A stretch of DNA of 64,000 bases from Opitutales bacterium (GTDB lineage Bacteria > Verrucomicrobiota > Verrucomicrobiia > Opitutales > UBA2987), in assembly GCA_965226885.1 (NCBI GenBank), contig CBDDEL010000010.1, forward strand, positions 1 through 64,000, in the 5' to 3' direction. Positions within the stretch are counted from its first letter, which is position 1, and each line of letters begins with the position of its first letter. Below the pieces are notes generated by a model. That model saw nothing but the letters and a program-made list of their open reading frames with translations, had not been told where the DNA came from and ran no database searches. Shown in pieces: positions 31,473 through 41,694 of the stretch. A program made the translations under genes and the position numbers.

Positions 31473-31498
31473 CTTTGTGTCTTTGCGCCTTTGTGCGA
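31473..31498 (-). repeat. Inverted 8-mer repeat array, right arm of GxxExxY cassette
   Basis: Reverse complement reads TC GCACAAAG GCGCAAAG ACACAAAG. Confidence 0.6.
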
Positions 31499-31543
31499 TA
31501 AAGTTCTTTTTCCACCACTGTCGGCAATTGATCTGTTACCTTA

Positions 31544-32308
31544 TTATTGGGCGGTGAAACCGAGGTCGATGGTCCAGGAGGCGCCGGTTATGGCGCCGGC
31601 CTTTTCCGAGCAGAGGTAGAAAATAAGTTCGGCCACCTCTTCCGGCTGCACCATCCGTTTGATGGCGGCTGATTGTAGAAAAATTTTTTCCGTCACCTCC
31701 TCCAAAGGAATCTGGTGCAGCGCGGCCTGGTCCGCCAATTGTCCAGAGATGATCGGGGTGTCCACATAGGCGGGACAGAGGGCGTTGGCCGTGATGCCGT
31801 GGGCTCCGCCTTCCAGGGCAGATGTCCGGGTGAGGCCGAGCAACCCTGTCTTGGCCGACACATAGGCAGCTTTGAAGGGAGAGGCGACCAGTCCTTGAAT
31901 GGAGGAGATGTTGACGATGCGCCCCCAGCCCGACTTTTTCATGGACGGCCACGCGTATTTGGTCAGCAAAAATGGGGCCGTCAGCATCACCATCAACATT
32001 TCATCCCATTTATCTTCGGGAAAATTTTCAATGGCGTCCATGTGTTGGAAACCGGCGTTGTTGATGAGGATATCGACTTTTCCAAAACGCTCCAGGGTGG
32101 CGTCAACGAGCCGCCGGCATGGTTCTCTTTTCGACAGATCGGTCTGCTCGAAGCAGGCCCCGGCCCCCAGGCGGTCGGCTTCCCGGCGGCCTTTTTCCTC
32201 ATCCAAGTCCGCCAGGACGACTCGAATGCCCTCCTCGATGAATTTTTTGGCCGTTACCAGGCCGATTCCACCGGTTCCGCCCGTGATGATGGCAACTTTT
32301 TCCTTCAT
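31544..32308 (-). CDS. bdhA: 3-hydroxybutyrate dehydrogenase (SDR)
   Basis: TGGTGGIG, NNAGFQH, ASPFKAAYVSAK, CPAYVDTP. Confidence 0.85.
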   Translation of the reverse strand: MKEKVAIITGGTGGIGLVTAKKFIEEGIRVVLADLDEEKGRREADRLGAGACFEQTDLSKREPCRRLVDATLERFGKVDILINNAGFQHMDAIENFPEDKWDEMLMVMLTAPFLLTKYAWPSMKKSGWGRIVNISSIQGLVASPFKAAYVSAKTGLLGLTRTSALEGGAHGITANALCPAYVDTPIISGQLADQAALHQIPLEEVTEKIFLQSAAIKRMVQPEEVAELIFYLCSEKAGAITGASWTIDLGFTAQ

Positions 32309-32326
32309 TCAAAAAACCTGTATTGC

Positions 32327-33244
32327 TCAATTCTTTTTCATTATTTCCGTCGTCCAGTCCGGGCCATTCTCAATGTTGTGGGTGGCGGCAAAATTGCCCT
32401 GATTGATGGCCATGCTGAGGAAATAATCGCTGTTGATGAAAAGAAGGGGTTCGCCCAGCGGCACGTCTCCAAAGGTGCGGACATAGGGCACATCTTCCTG
32501 CCAGACAATTTTTCCCTTATGGCGGATGGTCACAGCGACGGTTTCGCCTTCCTTTATGCCTAGCTTGTCGAAGGTGTCCATGTCAATCCGGCTGGCCGTA
32601 TTGCCGAGCCGACCCTGGGCAGTATAAATCACCCCGAAGGCGGATTTTCCTTTAATGTACGGTTTGGGGTTTTCCAGCTTGACCACTTCGGGCTCCAGGA
32701 GCGGGCCGACGCCCTCGAAATCGATTACCCCGGCGGCCAGGCGCGCCCCGGTGAAGGAATAAACATCCCGTCCGTGAAATGTGTGGGAGCGTTCCGTGCC
32801 TTTGCGGCGGTTGACCGATTCATCGATTTCCCGGACCGCCTCTATGCCCATATTTGCCGCCACATTGGACAAGGTTCCATTGTCCGGGCTCACGAAATAA
32901 TGCCCCGATTTGGTTTTCAGAACGACCGATTTTCTGACCGTGCCCACACCCGGATCGACCACAGATACGAAGACCGTGCCGACTGGCCAGGCCGGGGCGT
33001 TGTATTCAAAACTGCGCGCCGCCTGGCCGATATCGTAAAGGTCAATGAGGGGGCGAATGTAGAAAATGTCCAGATCCTTACTGACCCCGTAGGCGATTCC
33101 CTGCATGACCGCACCACCGAAATCGGCCTGGATGACGAGGGCGTTTTTGCCATCGGAAATGCCTCCCGCAAAAGCCCAACCCAAGAGGGCGGCAAGGATG
33201 CGGAATTGGTTAAGGTAAAGGTATAGTTGGGTTTTCTTATTCAT
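32327..33244 (-). CDS. SAM hydroxide adenosyltransferase (DUF62) with signal-like N-terminus
   Basis: DFG, VVDPGVGT.R, PDNG, TFHGRD. Confidence 0.85.
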   Translation of the reverse strand: MNKKTQLYLYLNQFRILAALLGWAFAGGISDGKNALVIQADFGGAVMQGIAYGVSKDLDIFYIRPLIDLYDIGQAARSFEYNAPAWPVGTVFVSVVDPGVGTVRKSVVLKTKSGHYFVSPDNGTLSNVAANMGIEAVREIDESVNRRKGTERSHTFHGRDVYSFTGARLAAGVIDFEGVGPLLEPEVVKLENPKPYIKGKSAFGVIYTAQGRLGNTASRIDMDTFDKLGIKEGETVAVTIRHKGKIVWQEDVPYVRTFGDVPLGEPLLFINSDYFLSMAINQGNFAATHNIENGPDWTTEIMKKN

Positions 33245-33403
33245 AGGCTGAGTAATATTCTGAACTGTTGGTAATTTGCTATTATGGCTGAAAAGTGAAA
33301 TTGAAAGGCAATCCCAAAGTTCGCCTCCGGGCCGATTTTTGTTCTTGGTGAAATTCCACGCGCCGCAGTTGACTTGTCAAAGCGTTGCTTTTAGGAAAAG
33401 CGG

Positions 33404-34756
33404 ATGAAGGAGGTTAATCCATTGGAAGATGTGAAATCTGTGGCCGAAATTCCCTACTATGAAACCGTCCCCGATGGTCGGCGAAGAGAGGGAAAATTTT
33501 CTCTGGAAGACCTTCAATTCGGCCAAGATCCTTTCCGTTACCACCTCACCGCCTACCGTCGTCACGGGCCGATTTACCGCTGCTGGTTCCGCAACCAGGA
33601 GTGGGTGGTTATGGGCGGCCTGGAGGCGAACGATTTTGCCTGGCGGCAACCGGATATCTGGTCTTATAGGGAGGCTATGGCCGGTTTCGGGAATCAACTT
33701 GGTTTTGGCCATGTGACGACTTTGGACGGGCCGCCCCACCGCCTGAAAAGGCGATCCCTGAAGGCTGGGTTTGGAAATACAATCTTCCGGCATCTGCCCG
33801 CAATGAGCGCTCTGGCGGCTACGGAGATTACCCGCAACCGGAGCCGGAAAATCGATTTGCAGCAGTTTTTTATGGAAACCGTTATCCGACTTTCAGCCGG
33901 TACCCTTCTTAAAACCGATCTCGACGACGACCTGGTCCAGGCCATGGTTCGATTCGAGGAGATGTTTATGCACGGGCTTAACATCGGCGAATATGGCGAT
34001 GAATATTTTGCCGCCGAAGACTACCGCATGACCAAGGAAAAAGTTTTGGGTTTTTTACAGCAATTGATTGAAAAACGCGATGCGATGGGAAGCCCTGATG
34101 ACTGTTTTTCCGCCATGGTGGAGGGACGGCCGGAACAGGCTGGACCCTATGATTCCCATGAAAAGCTGGACGACGCTTATCTGCTGTTGGTTGCCGGAGC
34201 GGAAAATACGGCCCGCCTGTTGAGCTGGTGTGTCCAGTACATTTGCAGCCACCCCGAATGGCTGTAGGAATTACGCATGGAATTGCAGGAAAATCCAATC
34301 ATTGATTCTCGTGACGGGATGGCGCCTTATCCGAAACTCAAGAATACCATAATGGAAGTGGAAAGGCTTCAACCGGTAGCCTATTTCCATGTCCGCACGA
34401 CGGCCGAGCCGGTTGCATTTCAAGGCTATCGATTGCCCAAAGGAACCGAGATTCTTCACATTCAGGGACTGTGTCATTTCCTTGAGGAGATTTACGAAGA
34501 ACCCTTTGCATTTAATCCCCGGCGATGGGATGGCCGGGAGTATCCGCGTAAAGCCCACGGTTCTTTCGGCGGCGGTACGCACGTTTGCCTGGGCATCAAC
34601 CTGGCCAGAATCCAAACGCCTTTAATCCTGGCCCACCTGCTGGGTGAAAATAACCTTGAGTTTGACTTTAAGCCCGAATTCAACCTTCTGCTGGACCCGG
34701 GCGGCGTCTTTCGCCGTTTTCCTTTGCCCGCCAGGATTGTTCCCATTAATCAATGA
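33404..34756 (+). pseudogene. Cytochrome P450 with in-frame TAG
   Basis: AGAENT I-helix, EVER, FNPRRW, FGGGTHVCLG; TAG at 34265-34267 with both halves in frame. Confidence 0.9.
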
Positions 34757-35685
34757 ATTTTCTATCTCCATACCTCCGTTTTGCCGCCGTTTTTCTGCCT
34801 TTCTTTTGCTGGACCGTCCTCCAGGCTGCGGATTCGGGTGGGAGAAGGAAGGATACTCCACGAATCGCCATTGTGGCCGCCTTTCAGGGGGAAATGGATG
34901 CCATCCGGGAAGAGATCGTGGGGGAGGTAATCACCAAAGAGGTGATCCTTAACGGTGTTAAATTTTCTCTCGGCACGGCTTATGGCAAACCGGTTCTGTT
35001 TTTCATCACCTATGTCAGCACAGTCAACGCCGCCATGAACACGCAACTGGCGCTTGACCGGTTTGACGTAAAAATGCTTCTTTTCTCGGGCATCGCCGGG
35101 GGTATTAACTGGGACCTGCACAAAGGAGATGTGGCTATACCGGCCAAGTGGCATTATATCCTGGAAGGGGCCTTGTTTAACAAAAAGGATGACGGCAGCG
35201 GTGAATACGAATGCAGCATCGGCTGGTCCAATCACGAATACGGCAATTTCGGTATGATTCATCCCGAAGACGTCAGGGTCATCCGGCAGGGAATGGAGAA
35301 ATCGCAAAAGATGGCATTTTTTGAGATCGATTCCGAACTGTTGAAGTTATCCCGTAAAGCGACCGCAAAATTGAACCTGAAAAATGCATTGGGTAAAAAG
35401 GCCACCATAAAAATCGGCGGGGTGGGGGGCACAAGCCCTGCGTTTCTGGACAATGCGGAGTTCCGCGAATTCATTCATCACGCCTGGGGAACGGATTGCG
35501 TTGACATGGAATCCACCTGTATCGCGCATGTTTGCTGGGTAAATCAAGTGCCCTGCCTTATCGTGCGGTCTCTCAGCGATTTGGCCGGCGGCCAAAAGGG
35601 CGTCAATGAAATCGGAGAGTATGCCAAAGCAGCCGAGCACAATGCAGCCCGTGTTTTGAACGAAATACTCAAATCGCTCGATTGA
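34753..35685 (+). CDS. MTA/SAH nucleosidase-family protein (PNP_UDP_1) with signal peptide
   Basis: FSGIAGG, VDMES, RSLSDLAG. Confidence 0.85.
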   Translation: MNFLSPYLRFAAVFLPFFCWTVLQAADSGGRRKDTPRIAIVAAFQGEMDAIREEIVGEVITKEVILNGVKFSLGTAYGKPVLFFITYVSTVNAAMNTQLALDRFDVKMLLFSGIAGGINWDLHKGDVAIPAKWHYILEGALFNKKDDGSGEYECSIGWSNHEYGNFGMIHPEDVRVIRQGMEKSQKMAFFEIDSELLKLSRKATAKLNLKNALGKKATIKIGGVGGTSPAFLDNAEFREFIHHAWGTDCVDMESTCIAHVCWVNQVPCLIVRSLSDLAGGQKGVNEIGEYAKAAEHNAARVLNEILKSLD

Positions 35686-35704
35686 GACGCTTCGTCAAGC
35701 GGGA

Positions 35705-36709
35705 TCAGTCAAAGAACCTCATAACTTTGCGCAATCGTGATTCGGGGAAGCCCCCCAATTGTTCCCGAAAACGATTTTCCACTTCCTGCAACGAGGCGGT
35801 TGATGGCAGAACCTTTACCCCGGTCGAGCAATTTTCGATCATGACAACCGGATCGAAAAACAGGATAACGGCAGCCAGGGGTGTTACATTGACCACCGTT
35901 CCCCAAGGTCCGTGGGTCCATACGTTTTTGAAACCGAATTCGCCCCGGGCCGCTTTGTAGGACATCGGTTCGACCGGGGCCGGATAGATTTCGCTGGCCT
36001 TGGCCATGTCCGTAACGTCCACTTGGGTGATGCCGTGCGCTCCCAGGTAGCCGCCCGCTTTCATCACGCGGCTCACTCTCTCATCCAATTCTTGCAACTG
36101 CATTTCTCCGTCACATCCATACCCGGCCACCCCGTAAATGACCGAACATGGCATTTGGGCCATGGCCCCCAGGCTCATGAAATCAACCATGGAAGTCTTG
36201 GCCGGAACCGCCTCTTTGCCGTCGTGAAAAGAATCCGAGCCGATATCGACGCCCACAAACAGATCGATCCGCTTTTGTTCCACCAACTCCTTCAAGCCAT
36301 TCGCCAAACCCTGCACGCCGCCGGTCAGGCCGGCCACGAACATAACATTTTCGCCCAGAGTTCCCGCCAAACGGGCCTCGCATGGGTTTCGACCGCGAAA
36401 ATGGGATTTTCCGGAAACCCTTACCACTTGTGGCGCGAGGGCCTCCACCTCGGACATTTCCTGAACATCGTAAAGGGTTGGGCCCATCACGGCGCTGCCC
36501 CAGGTGTCGGAAAGAGGTTCCCCGTCCTCCGTCCACCATTGGCAGGCGACGCCCCCCATGTAAATTTCCTCCACCCCCAATTGCCGGAGCAAACGGCATA
36601 CGGGAATTCCCTGGATGATATCGCCCCCCCCGCCAATTCCCATGATGAGCGCGCGTTTGGACTTCAATGCCAATTCGATCAGCGAAGGCTTCATAAATTT
36701 AGCGGTCAA
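35705..36709 (-). CDS. DUF1152-family protein
   Basis: GIGGGGDI, GVDIGSD, GYGCDGE. Confidence 0.7.
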   Translation of the reverse strand: MTAKFMKPSLIELALKSKRALIMGIGGGGDIIQGIPVCRLLRQLGVEEIYMGGVACQWWTEDGEPLSDTWGSAVMGPTLYDVQEMSEVEALAPQVVRVSGKSHFRGRNPCEARLAGTLGENVMFVAGLTGGVQGLANGLKELVEQKRIDLFVGVDIGSDSFHDGKEAVPAKTSMVDFMSLGAMAQMPCSVIYGVAGYGCDGEMQLQELDERVSRVMKAGGYLGAHGITQVDVTDMAKASEIYPAPVEPMSYKAARGEFGFKNVWTHGPWGTVVNVTPLAAVILFFDPVVMIENCSTGVKVLPSTASLQEVENRFREQLGGFPESRLRKVMRFFD

Positions 36710-36748
36710 TGGAATTAATATTAAAAATTCGCAAAGTAGGGGGAGAGA

Positions 36749-39373
36749 TTAATTGAAAGATTGCTTTATTTTTTTGTATATGTTGCGAAAAAATTTCCCT
36801 ACACGGTAAAACTCATCGGCACTCAAACGGTTGGCTGAATCCCTCGCCTCGAATAATTCGGCCTTGGTGTAATCCAGTCGTAAATTAAGGGAATTGAGTT
36901 CCGAGTTTAGGGAGTTAACCTTTACATTTAGTTTATTAATATCCGAATGCAGGTTGTTGATATTTACCCTGGATTCATTCAAGTTAGTGTTGAGAGAGCG
37001 GTTCTGTCTACAAAATTCATCCAGCCGGGTGTAGAGTGATTTTTTTTCTTCGTGGAGATTTTTAACTTGTTTGGAAAAATTACGGGTTTGTTTTGAATAA
37101 CTGTCCAACTGTCCTTGATGTGAGGATATGTCCGAATGCAGGTTGTTGATATTTACCCTGGATTCATTCAAGTTAGTGTTGAGAGAGCGGTTCTGTCTAC
37201 AAAATTCATCCAGCCGGGTGTAGAGTGATTTTTTTTCTTCGTGGAGATTTTTAACTTGTTTGGAAAAATTACGGGTTTGTTTTGAATAACTGTCCAACTG
37301 TCCTTGATGTGAGGATATGCTGTTTTGCATCCAACGGATTTTGTCCTCGGTCAATTCAAGGAGATGTTTTTTCCCGCGATACTCCCTGTCTAACGCTGTT
37401 GCCATTAAGGTCAGCTTCTTTTCCCGAGGGCCGAAATCATGTGTATAGGGATCGATGCTTGAGAGAATGGAATGCTTGTTGTCGAGAGTATTGATCATAC
37501 TGTCTTTACGGATGCGGTATTTGAAAAGAAATTTCGGTATGACATCCAATTCATAACCCTCTATAATAAGTTTAGCTAAAAACTGCCAGTCATGCGTGGC
37601 GGTCAATGGATCTTCAGTGAACCCGCCCAGTTCAGTAAATACTTTCCGCCGAATGATAAAATTGGCGTCGCCGAAAAGATTTTCAAAAGTCCCGAATTCC
37701 TTGCAGGCCCCGAATGGTATAAAACAGCAAGTATAATCTTCATCCGATTGATAGTTTTCGACAAATGCCGGATAAAAACACGAGAGGCAGTCCACCTTCG
37801 AGTAATCTATGGATTCCAACATGGATTCCAACATAAAATCTTCGGCCAGGTTATCGGCGTCGAAAAAAACCAGGTATTGGCCGTCGGCCTGTTGCGCCCC
37901 GAAATTACGTGTGTGTCCCAGGCCCTTGTTTTCCTCTTGTTTGAAAAACTTCCATCGATCAGAATTCGATTTGTATTTTTCCCTCTGTTCCTTGAAAATG
38001 TCGATAGATTCCTTTTCGGTTGAGCCGTCATCGACTACTATCACTTCATAATTTCCATAAGTTTGCTTTTGCAAGGTATCCAGAGCGTCCGGAAGATAAC
38101 GTCCCAGATTGTAATGGGAAACAGTGATAGAAATTTTGGGAATGGATTTTCGACTTTGGGAAATCTTTTTATTCAATTTAACCGCTTTCGTTTCGGTTAT
38201 TTTCTGGATGAATTTCTCCCACTTTTGCTCACTCTTTTCCCTGTTGTAACTTTTGGTCGTGAGGATAGGAATTTTGCCCGCCTGCATTTCGAGAATTTTA
38301 TCGGCCAGGCTTTTTACATCGGGAGAGAACAGACGCTTGGAAGAGCCGACTAATTCGGGAATTCCGCCGGTATTTGCGGCGATTAGATTGAGGTTCATTT
38401 GCAAACACTCAATAACGGTGTAGGGCGAATTATCGACAGGGGAGGGAATCACCACCAGGGCGTCGGAATTATTTCGTATATAATCCAACGCTTGAAAGTG
38501 ATCCAGTTCTGTCAGGTATTCCCAATTTTCCCCATTTGAAAAATATTTGGCGGCCGTTTGCAGATACTTCTGGGCATCAACGCCCCAGATTTGTTGAACT
38601 CTTCCCAAGTAGGTGACTTTAAGTTTTTTTTCGTTAAAAGCCGGGTTGTGGTGGAGCAATTTCAGGCTATCGACAAAAATATCGAGTCCCTTACGTGTTT
38701 CCAGTCTGCCGAAATAAACGATATGATGGGGATTAAATTTTTTCTCCGGCGGTTGTGCGAGGTCTTCTATCAAATATGGCAGGATGTGGGTTTTTCCAGG
38801 AAGTTTCCAGCCATGTTCCTTTGTCCAATCGAGCATATACTTGACCGGACTGATCGCATAATCGGCCATTTTGGCCGAATATTGCTCCATGTAATCCTGC
38901 AATAAATCATCGGCTCCGTTATGCATCAGTACGCGGTTGGCTTCTCGCAGCCACTCGTCGGGAGAATGCAAAGTACAGGTAAAAATGGTGTTCCTGAAGG
39001 CGAGTCCGCACCTGCGGGTCTGCATGGCTATAAAACCATTGCCGTTCCAATCCTGGAAATGGCAAAAATCAAAATCACGGTCTTTAAGCCAACGGCACGT
39101 GTTCAGGGAAACGAGGTGAAAATAATGCCGGTCGTAATGAACCTCCGTGAATGGGGCGGCATCCTGGAGTGTTTCAAATTGGAAACCGCATTTTTCGGAA
39201 AAATGTTTTTTCCAGTGGGCATGGTCGAGGTCAGGCGGATGGTTAGTCAGCAGCACCGTTACATCCTGTTTCAATCGTTGGCTTAAAAACGATGCCAGGT
39301 AGTAACAATGGGTGCCAATGCCGCCGTTTTTTGTCGGCCCGGCTAATTCACTCGTTATGATGCAATGTTTCAC
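36749..39373 (-). CDS. Bifunctional glycosyltransferase (GT4 + GT2) with C-terminal coiled coil
   Basis: NGGIGT, FGRLETRKG, DNSPYTVIE; VDDGS, FFDADN; heptad tail. Confidence 0.9.
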   Translation of the reverse strand: MKHCIITSELAGPTKNGGIGTHCYYLASFLSQRLKQDVTVLLTNHPPDLDHAHWKKHFSEKCGFQFETLQDAAPFTEVHYDRHYFHLVSLNTCRWLKDRDFDFCHFQDWNGNGFIAMQTRRCGLAFRNTIFTCTLHSPDEWLREANRVLMHNGADDLLQDYMEQYSAKMADYAISPVKYMLDWTKEHGWKLPGKTHILPYLIEDLAQPPEKKFNPHHIVYFGRLETRKGLDIFVDSLKLLHHNPAFNEKKLKVTYLGRVQQIWGVDAQKYLQTAAKYFSNGENWEYLTELDHFQALDYIRNNSDALVVIPSPVDNSPYTVIECLQMNLNLIAANTGGIPELVGSSKRLFSPDVKSLADKILEMQAGKIPILTTKSYNREKSEQKWEKFIQKITETKAVKLNKKISQSRKSIPKISITVSHYNLGRYLPDALDTLQKQTYGNYEVIVVDDGSTEKESIDIFKEQREKYKSNSDRWKFFKQEENKGLGHTRNFGAQQADGQYLVFFDADNLAEDFMLESMLESIDYSKVDCLSCFYPAFVENYQSDEDYTCCFIPFGACKEFGTFENLFGDANFIIRRKVFTELGGFTEDPLTATHDWQFLAKLIIEGYELDVIPKFLFKYRIRKDSMINTLDNKHSILSSIDPYTHDFGPREKKLTLMATALDREYRGKKHLLELTEDKIRWMQNSISSHQGQLDSYSKQTRNFSKQVKNLHEEKKSLYTRLDEFCRQNRSLNTNLNESRVNINNLHSDISSHQGQLDSYSKQTRNFSKQVKNLHEEKKSLYTRLDEFCRQNRSLNTNLNESRVNINNLHSDINKLNVKVNSLNSELNSLNLRLDYTKAELFEARDSANRLSADEFYRVGKFFRNIYKKIKQSFN
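36942..37319. repeat. Exact 189-bp tandem duplication (63 aa)
   Basis: 36942-37130 repeated at 37131-37319. Confidence 0.95.
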
Positions 39374-39445
39374 GATGTGAAAAATTAGTGACTATTACCG
39401 CCCATAATGGCAATGCAAACCAATGCAGGGTTTCCCCAAAACCGT

Positions 39446-41641
39446 TCAGGATGGATGGACCTCCTTTTTTTGGAAAAGGTTGAGGAGTTTTTTTCTGTAT
39501 TTATTGTATAAAAGCGGAATTTTTAAAAGGTGGTAATAATTATTTTGCAATTTGGTTAATTCCCGATCGAAATAATTCTCGGGGTTAATAATTGGCTGGC
39601 CTTTGTTCAAACGGTAAAGCATGGCATTGCGGGACTCATTCATGTGATTGACCCCGAGCAGGTTTGAGGCTATATTTCGCTCCCATTCGCCCAGCCCGTT
39701 GAGCAACGGTTCAATGCTTTTGCGATGTGAATAATAATAACTGTAGGGATTAATTGCCGGCCCGGCGTGCGGAGTCAGGCGTCTCTGGAAAAGAAACTCG
39801 GGAACGACCGCAAGCTTGTGCCCCCGAAGGCTGAATCGGATGAAGAATTCCCATTCCGGGGTGATGTTGTCGGGATCGACGGTAAATCCGCCGAGGGAGC
39901 GAAATATGTCGCTTTTGACAATGAAAGCGCCTTCCCCGAAACCATTGTTCAATAAGCCAAGTTCGGGTGAATTTCCGTAAAAATAACGACTGTTGCAAAA
40001 ATGGTTTCGTGATTTTCCCCCTTCTGAAAAATTGCGGTAATAGCAGGTGGCGGCATCCAAGTTGCCTTCTTCCAAGGCAATTTGCAAAGTATCGACCATG
40101 GCGGGCTCCGCCAAGCAGTCGTTTCCCATAAAAATCAGGTATTGGCAATCAGTTTGCCATAAATTGATATTTTGGCCGCCACTAACCGGGCTACCGTCAT
40201 TTTTATCCGGGGAATTTTTAACAAAACTCCAATATTTCTTGCCATGAGATTTTCTCAAAGACTCTAATTGCGAATCGCTTAAACTATCGGTCGCTGCGAC
40301 AAGTTTGAAATTACCATTTGTCTGCTTTTCGAGTGAATCGAGCGCTTTGGCCAGATTTCCGTTGGTTTGATTTTGGGTAAGAAGAACGCAGGTTTTCGTT
40401 TCGGATGGAGTTGTTCCGATATGAGGACCTTTCTTTTGAGCCGCCAACTCCTCCTCTAGATAATTGATAAAACGGGTCCATTCACTCTCCGCCTTATCCC
40501 TGCTGTAGCGATCGGGTGAAAGACCAGGAAGTTTTTTATGAAAAACCTCCTCTAATTTAGCGCTTAAATGTTCAACATCCGGGGCAAACAAACGCTCTTC
40601 GCTCCCGAACAATTCCGGGATTCCGCCGGCGGAAGAGGCGATTACGTTTAGACCCATTTGCAGGCACTCAATAACAGTGTATGGAGAATTGTCGATGGGG
40701 GAGGGAATGACCACAAGGGCGTCGGAATGCTGGCGAAGGTAATTGACCGCTTGAAAATGATCCAAATCAATTTTGAATTCCCATTTGTGATTCGGGGGAA
40801 GATTTTTTTGATGCCGATAAAGGTATTGCAAGGCATCGGGACCGTGGGCGTGGTTGGTCTTTCCGAGAAAAGTAACCTGGAGTTTTTTCTCTCTGAATTT
40901 CTTTTTTTGGATGAGCGCCAATAGTGAATTGACGAAAATTTCCAGGCCTTTGCGGGTTTCCAGACGGCCAAAGAATATGAGGTGTTTTTGATTGAACTCC
41001 CTTTGTGGCGTTTTTTCGATATCGTCGATCAAGTAGGGGATGACTCTCGATTTATCTTCAATTTCCCATCCCAGGCCTTTGGCGTATTTGAGCATATAAT
41101 TGACGGGCGCCACGAGATAGTCGCACATTTCAGTTGCCTGTTTTTCCATGTAATCCATGTGCATGTCTTTGCCCCCGGCGTGGGAATATTGACGGTTGGC
41201 CCGCCGAATCCATTGGTCTGGAGAGTGTAAGGTGCAGGTAAACAATGTGTTGCGAAAATGTAGGCCCGTTTTTTTAGCCATTGCCGAGACGAAGCCGGTG
41301 GCGTTGTTATCCTGGAAATGGCAAATATCGTAGGAGCCATCCCTGAGCCGGTTGTAGAGGTTTAAGGACCACTTGTGAGCGTAATGAAGCCCGCTCGAAC
41401 CGGGCAGGTCAGAAAACGGCGGATAGTCGCCTATATGCTCAAATTCGATATCCAACTTTTTCCTAAAAAACGATTTCCAGTAGGAGGAACCTTGATCGTC
41501 TAAAGTAGGCCACCCAAGTAGGACCGTGACCTCATGACCCATTTTCTGACGTAAAAATTTAGCCAGATAATAGCAATGGGTGCCGATGCCGCCGTTTTTG
41601 GTGGGGCCGGCAATTTCCATTGTGATAATACAGTGCTTCAC
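39446..41641 (-). CDS. Glycosyltransferase paralog (GT4 + degenerate GT2)
   Basis: Same N-terminus MKHCIIT.E.AGPTKNGGIGT; GT2 DxD position reads MGND. Confidence 0.88.
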   Translation of the reverse strand: MKHCIITMEIAGPTKNGGIGTHCYYLAKFLRQKMGHEVTVLLGWPTLDDQGSSYWKSFFRKKLDIEFEHIGDYPPFSDLPGSSGLHYAHKWSLNLYNRLRDGSYDICHFQDNNATGFVSAMAKKTGLHFRNTLFTCTLHSPDQWIRRANRQYSHAGGKDMHMDYMEKQATEMCDYLVAPVNYMLKYAKGLGWEIEDKSRVIPYLIDDIEKTPQREFNQKHLIFFGRLETRKGLEIFVNSLLALIQKKKFREKKLQVTFLGKTNHAHGPDALQYLYRHQKNLPPNHKWEFKIDLDHFQAVNYLRQHSDALVVIPSPIDNSPYTVIECLQMGLNVIASSAGGIPELFGSEERLFAPDVEHLSAKLEEVFHKKLPGLSPDRYSRDKAESEWTRFINYLEEELAAQKKGPHIGTTPSETKTCVLLTQNQTNGNLAKALDSLEKQTNGNFKLVAATDSLSDSQLESLRKSHGKKYWSFVKNSPDKNDGSPVSGGQNINLWQTDCQYLIFMGNDCLAEPAMVDTLQIALEEGNLDAATCYYRNFSEGGKSRNHFCNSRYFYGNSPELGLLNNGFGEGAFIVKSDIFRSLGGFTVDPDNITPEWEFFIRFSLRGHKLAVVPEFLFQRRLTPHAGPAINPYSYYYSHRKSIEPLLNGLGEWERNIASNLLGVNHMNESRNAMLYRLNKGQPIINPENYFDRELTKLQNNYYHLLKIPLLYNKYRKKLLNLFQKKEVHPS

Positions 41642-41694
41642 TTATTAAATTAGCTCAAACTCAACAATGAATTTTTCTTAAAAAACAATGCGTA

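Noticed and set aside
32327..33244. Fluorinase or chlorinase
   Set aside because: Retains the Asp/Arg/His motifs typical of DUF62 hydroxide adenosyltransferases
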